This document shows positions 27,819 to 38,600 of a stretch of DNA of 64,000 bases, in pieces; the stretch's first letter is position 1, and each line of letters starts with the position of its first letter. A program made the position numbers and the translations under genes. Source of the stretch: Azolla caroliniana (lineage: Eukaryota > Plantae > Polypodiophyta); NCBI GenBank assembly GCA_043228905.1, contig JBHGNT010000007.1:7316001-7380000 (forward strand), read 5' to 3'. Under the pieces are notes generated by a model that worked only from the letters and a program-made list of their open reading frames with translations, did no database searches and was not told where the DNA came from.

Positions 27819-28280
27819 TGTGAAATGTTACGTGTGCGGAAGCGTGAGCAAAAGACATTGAATACACAATTGGTTGTTCGAAGACTCGACAATTAGGTAA
27901 ACTCAGAGAATGGATACACAGTGAGAGAGAGAGAGAGAGAGAGAGACTAAGTAGAGTAGACAACAATATTTCGATTATAAGACTAAGTACATACAACGGT
28001 GCTCAGAGTGCACTTTATATACAAGCCTTGATGAGTGGCCTGACACAAGTACCGTCAGTACTTGAATGCTCATAAATGAGCCTAACACTAATTCTGCCTA
28101 TAATATTCCTACCGGAATCTCTCCGACTCGGCACACCCGAATCGAACTCGACTCAATTCGGCTTTCGGCTTTCGGCTTTCGGCTTCTTCAGCCGATTTGG
28201 GCCTAGTCAATCGATTTCAAATCGATTAGGCTCTCGACTTCTTTAGTCGATTCGGCCCATATTGAGCTTGTCTCTCAACA
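27819..28280 (-). mobile_element. Solo LTR with 5-bp TSD AGTTA
   Basis: agtta|tgtgaa...ctcaaca|agtta, containing a (GA)n run and ttcggc repeats; orientation inferred. Confidence 0.72.
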
Positions 28281-28599
28281 AGTTAACAAAAGGAGGTAGT
28301 GAGTAATTCATGAAAGCAGTTACCACTTCATTAGTATGCTTATGAATAGTTGAACCTTGTCCTTACTCAACTCGCTCCAAATAGTGTAGATGTTGTCACG
28401 AATTCCCTAACATGACCTATGTATGAAAGCACTCATTAGGTAATAAGTGTATTCAAGGCAAAAACACCTCAAGGGGGCAACAACTAGGTAGTTTGCACCT
28501 ATATAACATCTATCCAAAGTTAAATGAGCTACTTAATGCTTAAAAAATATTGTATTCGATGATAAATTGTATAATTTGATATGAGCAAAAAGGAATTAG

Positions 28600-28876
28600 C
28601 CAACCCTAGTGGTAAGTTGTTACAGTTCATGTGCTACAACTTAGGTTCGAAACCCAATTTTCTCACCTCTCTATTACTCTATACATACCCTCTTAATTCA
28701 TGAGACACCACTATGGAATGCAAGGGGTTGATGAACTCAGGACCGACCTCCTGCTCTCTATCAGGCAACCTTACCAGAACGTACTCACCTCTATTACGCC
28801 ACACATATATGTACTCTTAATTCACTAGATGCCACTTATGGAATGTAGGGGGTTGAACTCACGACCTCTTGGTCTC
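28600..28876. repeat. tRNA-derived (A/B-box) short repeats; ~100-bp unit repeated again at 35275-35394
   Basis: tagtggtaag...ggttcgaaaccc on plus and gaggtcgtgagttcaacccc on minus. The unit ctcacctct...cttaattca...ggggttgaactcacgacctc occurs three times. Confidence 0.6.
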
Positions 28877-28881
28877 AACAT

Positions 28882-31800
28882 TGTCGTGAAGAAAACCGGG
28901 CATAGGCGGAATCAGAGAAAAAGGCGCATGAACCGGCTCTTACACGGATGGGCGCATGAATTGATATTTTGATATTTTGTACATGATTCATAAATGGATC
29001 GGCTGATGTAAATACTAAGTAGTATACATTTATTGAGGGATTGTGCGTATCTTTATTGAAAGGGACAGGGAATAAAGCGGTTTAACTAGGGAAAGGAGGC
29101 ACTCTCCTTTCTTTGGGGGGCAAACTATTTAAGGAGAGGGGAGAAGGAGGAAAAATATCGCGCGTTGGCGAGGACGAAGTGCTGCTGCAGAACCGAGTGC
29201 CGAGCTCTCTCTTCTCCTCCTCCGGTCGTCGGTCTCTGTGGGTGTTGGGAGTTCGTTGCCTCTGCTTCATTGACAACCCGTGTGCTTCAAGCAGAGGCTC
29301 TCCCCCTTTTGGTTCCTGGAGTTGTGTGGCAATCGTCTGTGTGCGTGAGTAAGACCCCGCGTCGGGCCCATTACCGGGTTGCCGGTTGTAACTGTTCGAG
29401 TTGTAAGCTATTGAGTTTAGTAATTGGATTCTTGTTTTATTGCTCTTAAACTTCTCTCTGTGTATCTGCAACTCTCTCTCTCTCTCTCTCTCCATCTCTC
29501 TCTCCTTGGTCCAAGACTCCCGTGGTCCCGCCTCTTTCTACACGCACGCGCGTAACAACGCAACATATTTGGTGAACCCAACGTGAACAGGCAGCACAGG
29601 AGTCAAAAGATGAGGGGATCGGAGCTAGCAGAGGCAATGGCGGTACCCGTCGACCGGCTGGTAAGCGCTCGCGAGGGGACGGGTACCCTCGACAGAGCCA
29701 TCGAATCGATTGTCGACACTATAGGCCGGTTCGGAGGGAAAGACGCCACAAGTTATTTGGAGGCTTACCGGACCGAAATGATCATGAGGGATATCCCGGT
29801 GGATAGGCGGCTCTCCGGATTCCCTCGGGTGGTGACGTTGAGCATCCACGCGGAGGTGCTCGAGGTGTTGGCCGAATGCCAGAATTGGGAGGAGTTCGAG
29901 CTGCAACTCCTCGAGAAGTACGAGTTTGACGACTCACTTCGGCTGTCGAGGCGGGACTTCATGGCGTGGGTGGAAAGCCCCGGAAAAGGGAGGAACACGT
30001 TGGCGCTCCTCTAGGAGTTCGAAAAACAGTTCGCGCGGCTGTCGATGCTGGACCGGACCGTGCTTGAAACGAGTCGAGTACTACTGTTTGTCAAATCGGT
30101 GGACGCGCTCGACATGGAAAAGGTGGGCCCCCTATTGGAAACGGATGAAGGGCTCACGGTAGACTGGGCTGCAGTAAAACGGGTCTGTAGCCGTTTCGAC
30201 AAACGGCGCGATTGGAGCGACGAAAGCTCGTCGGGGTCAGGGCCGGTCCCGGGGAGGAGGCTCGAGGAGCCGGTATCGGTGCCGGCCGGTAGGAAGGAAG
30301 AGACCGGAATCTGGCTAGAGTCGGGGTCGGCATCGAATGATGTGGTCAGAGGCCCATCAAGAGGAACGGCTCTGGAGGAGCTGACACAAATGGTGCTCGA
30401 ACTGTAGATCGCACAGGCCCGGAGAGACAGCGGCGAACAACCTCGCGACCGGAGGCCGCCGGCTGGGCAGCGGTGCATGTGGTGTGACGCGATCGGTCAC
30501 ATTCAGAAGGATTGCGCGGATTTCGCCGACACGCTCAAAACCAACGTGGTGTACCTCTAGAACGGGCGGGTGCACGCAAGCGAGACCCGGAGAGCCCTAG
30601 AACTAAATACGGGGCGCAACGGAATGAAGAGGTTGATGGAAGAGGCCGCGACACTGCATGTTGAAGCCGTTAACTACTCAGTGTCGGCGGGAATTTGAGT
30701 TGGGGGCAACGAGTCCCGAAAGGTGAAGGACTCCGGATTCTGGCCGCTAGTGCTAGAAGGCTTCTTCGGAGTTCGGCTGAAGAAGGAAGAGGCAGACCGC
30801 GCGGAACAACGGGTCCAGGAGGTCATCGGATGGGACGATCCGGTCGAAGAGAAAACGGGCTTCGTAGAAGCCGCTTGCCAGAACTACGAGGTTCTGGTGG
30901 AAGACAAACAGGCAGGAAAGGTCGGGGGGGTGGGTCCCCCGCAAAGGTATGAGACCCGGTTCGGACCGAAACCGACCAGTGCCGACAACCCAGGTGCGCC
31001 GGACGGGAAGAAGCAGGCGGGGTTTCGGTTGAGCACCGAAATTGAAAGGACCACAGACCTGCGAACGGTCCTGGAGGAACGTATCCTCGACAGCAAAGTG
31101 GAGCTGTCGCTGAGGGAAGTGCTCGGGATCGCTAAGAAGGAGTTCCACGACTCCATCGTAGACTTGGTGAAGAGGAAAAGGCTATCGACAGAGCCAGAGC
31201 CGGAGAAGCCGGTGGAAGTGCAAACGCCGCACATAGAGGACGCGGCCCGAATATACGCATAAAGGTCGGTGACATCGAGATAGATCAACATTTCTTCGTG
31301 CAGGAAACATCCTCGCACCCGGTGATTCTCGGCGAACCATACATTACGGCAACGCGCATGGAGACGAAAGTGCTAGACAACGGTTCGGCGTACGCGCGCG
31401 TCAAGAGCCAGGACGGTCGGCATTCCGTCCAATTCATGACCGTACGACCGAACCATGAGAGGAACCGCGAGACCCTCGACGACGACAGCCGAGGGGATTT
31501 TTAGAGAGGGCTATCAAGGCGTGGGGTCGTGGTAGTCCGGACGTACCGGAAGAACCCCACACATGTACAGTAGATAGGAAGTTTTGGTTCTCCGAAAACG
31601 GAGGTTGTACTATAACCGGCGTCAGCGGCCGGGAGAGGAAGTGAGCGGAGGAGCGACTCAGGGGATGCAGAGTCCTCTTCCCCGACGAAGACATCAATGG
31701 CGCCGTGGAGGCGGTCTCTTTTGACGACACCTTGGGCGAACTGCGAAAGGTGATCGGTGAAGACCTTAGAGAAGACCGGACCGTTCCGGTAGGGTCAATG

Positions 31801-34800
31801 GGAATGTACGAAGTCATCGCGGACTTCGGGGAAAGGATCGGGTCGGATCGGACGGCCCGCGTGGATACAAAGTACAAGACCGTGGACCGGAAGGTGAGGC
31901 CAGTAGCGGCACCCTTGCCGGAGGGCAGCGAGGAGCGGATAAAAGGGGTCGCGTCAAACCCGAGTTTACGGAATCCGGTTGGCATAGGGCACCGGTTCAC
32001 CGACATAACGCTAGGGGAGCTCAAGGTTGGTGGGGGTGGCTTTCTACAGGTTTCGGAGAATGCTCGGAAGGCATAGGAAAGCCTTCGCGTTCTCGTCGGA
32101 GGAGATCGGGTGCGTGGACCCGACGATCGTCGAACCGATGGTGATCTTCACGGTACCGCAAGTACCGTGGAATCTCAAACCGATTCCAGTGCTGAGAGCT
32201 CACATCCCGAAGTTGATGGAGCTTCTGAAGCAAAAGGTGGAGATGGGCATCCTCGAACCGTCGAGTGCCCCGTATTCGAATCGGTGGTTTACGGTGCCGA
32301 AGAAGAACGGCATGCTGCGCTTCATTCAGGACCTGCAACCAGTCAACAAGGTGACCATCTGTAATGCAGGAATCGGACCGACCATAGACGAGTTCGCGGA
32401 GGCCTTCGCCGGAAGGTCGATTTACTCTGTCGGTGATCTGTACTCGGGGTATGATCAGTTCCAACTAGCCGTGGAGAGCAAAGACATTACGACGATGTGG
32501 ACTCCTCTCGGCCTACTACGGATGTGTACCCTGCCACAAGGAGGGACAAACTCAATGGCTCACATGGTGAACGCGATGAACAAAGTGCTCAGGGATTGTA
32601 TCCTAGACATCACCATGCCATTCTTAGACGACATCCCGATCAGGGGATGCCCGATGGAGAAAAAGGACGAGGCAATCTGCGTGACGGTGGACACCAGCCC
32701 GATCAGGATCGGGTGGGTAATCAGTCAGAAGGACAAGGACTGCATACGATTCCCGATTCGGTTCGGGGTGAAGGTATTGAGCGAGCAGCAGCGAGGATAC
32801 GCCCAAGTTAAGCGCGAGCTTTGGGGTGTTGTTTCGGTAGTCAAGGCCGACAAGGATTATCTGATCGGGACGGAGGTGATCATCGAGACGGACTGCCCGC
32901 AGATACTCGGCATGGTTTCCGGATGCGCGACGCCGGACCTAGCAATGCTCCGGTGGATAATGTACATTAAGTCCCTGAACCCGAAGATACAACACATCTC
33001 CGGAAAGGATAACGCCATGGCCGACATGCATTCGAAAGCAAGGTTCAACAACGAAGATGACATGGTTTCGAATGATGAAGAAATCGGCAAGGACTTCTTT
33101 GGGTCGGCTAACGTAGCAACGAGGGAAAGGGACACTCCAGCGCTTAACGAATTTGACGAAAGCAGGTACGACGGGGAGTGGCTCCAAATCGGGAGGTTCC
33201 TACAGACGATGACGCCGGACATAGCATGGACGAGAGAAGAGGCGATCCGGGTACGGAAGAAGGCGTACCGATTCTTCCTGCAGGACAAGTGCATATGGAG
33301 GCACCCAAAGAAGAGAAACGACATCCCGCTCCAAGTAGAGACAAAGAAAGAAGAACAAGAGGAACTACTAGCGGCATTTCATGAGAGTCCCTGGGCCGGG
33401 CACCGCGGAACGTGGGCCACGTTCGAGAAGCTGAAGGAGAAGTACTGGTGGCTGGGGTTGTACCAGGACGTGCATATGTTCGTAAAGACTTGCGAAAGCT
33501 TTCAGATGCACTCCGTAGTCCGACATCGGGACGAGCTACACCCGACCTACCCGCCTACGGTCCATTTCAAGTGGATGGTGGACTTGGTGACGATGCTGAT
33601 GGGGGTAGGACAAATGTGATACCTGGTGCTTGCACGAGAAGACTTAACGAACCAAGTGGAAGGCCGTGCACTGCAAAGCAAGACAACCGTGGCGGTATGT
33701 TGGTTCCTGATCGAAGAAGTAGTGTGTCGGTACGGGTGCGTCGGGAGGATCGTGGCGGACCGGGGAGAGCTGGATGCGCGGGAGGTTGAGGAGTTGTTCG
33801 ACTGGCTAGGTGTCAAACTCTCCCTCACTACGGCGTACAATCCGGAGGCGAACGGAAAAGTAGAACGTGGGCACGGGCCGATTGTAAAAGCGTTGGTGCG
33901 TGCATGTAGAGGGCAGGTCGGGAATTGGCCGCAACTCCTTCCTTACGCACTATGGGCGGACCGAACTACGCACAGTTCGGTGACAGGGTTTATGCCGGCA
34001 AAGCTGATGTACGGACAGAAGCCGATCATGTCGGTGGAACAGACGGTTTCTTCATGGGCGGTTGTAGATTGGAAGGACGAAATGAGCCGGGAGGAGTTGT
34101 TGGCGGCGCGGATTCGGCAACTCGAGCGGAGGCCGGAGGACGTGATACAGGCGAAGGAAAAGCTGCGAGCTGCAAGGGAGCGGAACAAGACCTGGTTCAA
34201 CCGGACACACCGGTTGCGACCAAAGAAGATCGAGGAAGGCGACTAGGTCTTGGTATACGACAACAACCTCGACAATCAGCACAAGGCGATGCGAAAGTTC
34301 GCTAGGAGATGGTTCGGGCCCTACACGGTGACGAGCGCGAATGACAACGGCACGTACCACCTCGCGGAGCTCGACGGGACACGGTTAGCGGTGCCGGTGA
34401 CCGGGAAGCGGATCAAAGCGTTCAAGAAGCGGTTCGAAGACGAGCCGGGGCCTGCAAGTGGGAGCGACAACGACAATCAGTTTGGACCCGGCGGGGAATC
34501 AGAGAACGACAAGTGACGCCGGTTTTCTTCGGTATCTACCCGTCTTTGGCGCATGTCGGTGGATGCGCGGTTTGGTGGGGGTGGATGTCGTGAAGAAAAC
34601 CGGGCATAGGCAGAATCTGAGAAAATGGCGCATGAACCGGTTCTTACACGGATGGGCGCATGAATTGATATTTTGATATTTTGTACATGATTCATAAATG
34701 GATCGGCTGATGTAAATACTAAGTAGTATACATTTATTGAGGGATTGTGCGTATCTCTATTGAAAGGGACAGGGAATAAAGCGGTTTAACTAGGGAAAGG

Positions 34801-35274
34801 AGGCACTCCCCTTTTTTTTGGGGGGGGGGAACTATTTAAGGAGAGGGGAGAAGGAGGAAAAATATCGCGCGTTGGCAAGGACGAAGTGTTGCTGCAAAAC
34901 CGAGTGCCGAGCTCTCTCTTCTCTTCCTCCGGTCGTCGGTCTCTGTGGGTGTCAGGAGTTTGTTGCCTCTGCTTCGTTGACAACCCGTGTGCTTCAAGCA
35001 GAGGCTCTCCCCCTTTTGGTTCCTGGAGTTGTGTGGCAGTCGTTTGTGTGCGTGAGTAGGACCCTGTGTCAGGCCCATTACCGGGTTGCCGGTTGTAACT
35101 GTTCGAGTTGTAAGCTATTGAATTTAGTAATTGGATTCTTGTTTTATTGCTCTTAAACTTCTCTCTGTGTATCTGCAACTCTCTCTCTCTCTCTCTCTCT
35201 CCATCTCTCTCTCCTTGGTCCAAGACCCCCGTGGTCCCGCCTCTTTCTACATGCACGCGCGTAACAACGCGACA
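28882..35274 (+). mobile_element. Ty3/gypsy LTR retrotransposon with fungal-type (Ylt1-like) RT, internally deleted, both LTRs present
   Basis: LTRs 28882-29565 and 34586-35274 (TG...CA, highly similar). PBS tggtgaacccaacgtga at 29570-29586 and PPT ggtgggggtgga. Gag knuckle CMWCDAIGHIQKDC, PR C-terminus VILGEPY, RT SAPYSNRWFTVPKKNG...DLYSGYDQ...LPQGGTNS...PFLDDIP, RH VTVDTS, INT HESPWAGHRG...VADRGE...TTAYNPEANGKVERGH, and WFGPY. Confidence 0.93.
29612..34516 (+). pseudogene. gag-PR and pol of the second gypsy element
   Basis: ORFs 29583-30014, 30045-30407, 30723-31262 and 31298-31504 (gag/PR), then 31501-32076, 32027-33619 and 33626-34516 (RT-RH-INT). Confidence 0.88.
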
Positions 35275-35616
35275 ACGTACTCACCTCTCTATTACGTCCC
35301 ACACATATATATGTACTCTTAATTCACTAGATGTCACTTATGGAATGCGGGGGGGGGGGGGGGGGGGGGGTTGAACTCACGACCTCTTGGTCTCTTGGAA
35401 ATTGGAAAGCTACAAATGTAAATAAATAGAAACACAGGCACACATATACACATACACACACGCCTCTAAGGAAATTGGAAGGCTACAAATGTAAATAAAC
35501 AGAAATACAGACACATTTCTGTCATATTCTTCTTCTTCTTCTTCTTCTTCTTCTTCTTCTTCATTATACCCTTGCTCTGATTCTTCGCAGGGAGACAAAA
35601 AACAACAGAACAGGCG

Positions 35617-35660
35617 ATGGAGCAAAACGGTGGTGGGCTTCATCGTCACTCTGAGCAGAA

Positions 35661-35692
<32 letters not shown>

Positions 35693-38600
35693 TTATCATC
35701 AATGAAGGAGGTGGAGAACCAGAAAAAGAAGATTCTCTCACTCCTTCGTCTCTGTCTCTCAGAGGTAGTAAAGCTCTCACCCCTTTCTCTCCTTACATCG
35801 AAGCTGTCAAGAAAGCTAAGTCTTCACAATGGTCTCCTATCGACAATCCTGATGGTTTCTTCCTGGTGAGATTTCTCAGTAACCCTCCACGTAAAACCCC
35901 CTATGTCTCAACACTAAAATTTAACCCTAAGTTAACTCTAAATGTTAGCCCTGTCTTTTTTTAACCCCAACTTTAAACCGAACTGTTAACTCTAATCTCT
36001 TCAACCCTAGTTTTACCATAGCTTTCAACTCTAAGCTCAATCCTAGGTTTAAGCTATAACGTTTGACTGTAACTTAACTTTAGCTTAACACCTAACTTTC
36101 AAACCTAAGTTGAACCCTAACTTTTCACGCCTTTACTGATCTGCGTATGTGAAGTTTTTGAGAAGAACTTGTTGTATATCTCAATGTTTTTTCTCCTATT
36201 TGTCCGTATGCAGATGGCTCAAGCTGAGAATATGCTGTCGTTTGATCTCATCCATGAGAAGATGAAGTAAGTGATTCTATCTATCCTTGTCGATCTTTAC
36301 AAGGGAAAAGAGAAATAGGGAGGCGTTCTATTTTGCTTTATTTGAGCTTTACAATAAAACCTTGGCTTGAATGCCTTTTTCCGGAGCCTTGCCATGAGCT
36401 TTGCATATTGGTTGTTTGTCATAACTGGCGAAAATGAAAAAATATATTTCTGTGATTTCAGGGAATGTAGGGAAATTCCATTAAATGTGGGTCTCTATGG
36501 TAACTTTCGAGGTGGAGAGAAACTTCGTCAGGCCATAGCAAGGACTATGGAGAGGACTTTTATGGGTGTCAAGGTATTTCAGTCCTATGTCAGATTCAAA
36601 CTCGGGCGAAATTATGCCACACATTTTTTCATGTGTTTTTCGAAATGCGACACTTTTTTCGTAGTTTAATCTGAAAATGCCAGGATTGGATGCTTTTCAT
36701 AAAGTAATGTGCTACTAATAAGTCATGTCCTACCAGAATAATTAAGATCTGGGAACTAATTCAGTAATGCGATGTCGACTGATCAAGTTCTAACCAACAA
36801 TTAAATTGCTATAATTAAAAACACTTTAATTAGGAAATCGGGATGCTAATTAATTAACAAATTGTTAATTAAATACTGTGATGAATCAATGCCATTATTT
36901 AGTGGCACATTTTTCCTAACCAGTTGATGAAGCGAAAAGTGTGGCTTTTTGGCAAATACACAAGAACAAAAATGTGTGAGCATTTTGGCAATTACACATA
37001 GTGGCAGTTTTTCCCTTAAGCTTAACAACTCCATTTTGCTGTATGTTACAGGTGGATCCAGGAAACCTTTGTATATCTAGTGGTGTGACAGCGTAAGTTG
37101 CTCAATTGACTCTCCATCATGAACTTAGGGAAAGTCTTGAGCTAGAGTTTGATGACGATGATGTTTTTTTGAGCAGTGTCCTGGATCTCTTCTTTTTTGC
37201 AACATGTAATTCTGGTGATGGGTGTGTTATCCCTGCACCATATTTTCCAGCTTTCGACAATGACATGCAAATAAGGGTGTGTACATCAAATTGTTGCCAC
37301 ATCTCGCAAAATTATATTATAATCCCGTCCAAATGTTTGTAGGGAAACACACTCCGAAATTATACGAGTTTCTCTTTATTTCTCTTAAATCCCTATTAGA
37401 GTTTGTTATTTCCAGAGAAATGCCCTTGGCCATTCCCTGAAAGAGAATTAAATTGGATGAATTGACCATATAATTGCTCAAGTAGCTCATACAAATGAAG
37501 AAAACGGGGATGAATAGACCATATCATTGTTCAAGAGGATATTGACCAAGAGCATTGGGGAAATAATGAAAACCTTGGATATTTCAGAGTTTATTCATTC
37601 ATTCCATTGTTTTCATTGAGGAAATACTAACCCATCAGATTGATCATTGACCTTATTCAGAATGAGGTGTCTCCAATACCTGTTCAACCTAAAGATACAA
37701 AAACCTATGTACCAACTGCAGAAGAAATGGAAGCAGCTGTGGTCAAGGCTGCGGAAAAAGGCATTCAAGCCAAGGTTTTATTGGTCACTAATCCAGGAAA
37801 CCCGCTTGGCACACTCTATCCAGAATCTACTCTAAAGGTAAACTATAGCTATTTAAAAGTAGAGGTGATATTCAATGGGCACACTTTATTAAAACAGATT
37901 AAACCTAATGAGTTAAGAGGCCGTTGCATGAAGTTGGATTCTTACAGTGACCAGTGTCATTGTTTTCTAAACAGGAACTTCTTGTATGGGCTCTCAATCG
38001 TGGACTCCATGTCCTATCTGATGAAATCTATGCGAATTCCAAATTTGGGTATGGCAAATGTTTGTAGATTTCTCATCATGATATAACTGAACACAGAATA
38101 ACGAAGAATACTGTCAAATTCAATGAATAGTATAATATGTTTTAATTAAGATTATGATTCATGACTTAGTTTAAATTTTTTTGTGAACTCCAAAGTACCA
38201 TATTTTTTCATTCTTTCTCCAAATGGCCCTGGGTTTTGGTTATTTCTGCAAATGCCCATGGTCAACCCCAAAAGAGGGAAGAGGATGAATTGAGCATATA
38301 ATTGCTCAAATAATACACGGAATTGAGAACAAGGGAATGAATTGATGATACATTTGCTCAAATGGCATGTATTTGTACCAAGGGCATTTTTCGAACTAAA
38401 CAAAAACTCAAGGGTATTTCAGAGTTTCCCCTTAAAATGATAAGAAGAGAGGGTAATGTATGTTTAAACCCATGTGTACACTGTGGATAAACACTTTATA
38501 TGTGCTTGTTTATTCAGGCAATCGGATGATGAATTCATTAGCATGGAGAAAGTTGCTCAGAATGCTGTAGCAGAAAATTTAGTATCACCACACATAGTTA

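Noticed and set aside
28600-28660. tRNA gene
   Set aside because: A/B-box-like motifs are present but no cloverleaf or acceptor stem; it looks like a SINE-like remnant.
31434-32024. 196-aa antisense ORF, and other long antisense ORFs within the TEs (15230-15949, 22362-22988, 55176-57785)
   Set aside because: Shadow frames of GC-rich coding sequence with no recognisable motifs.
28779-35394. ~100-bp target-site duplication
   Set aside because: A third copy lies upstream and the copies are diverged, so this is better explained as a pre-existing tandem repeat.
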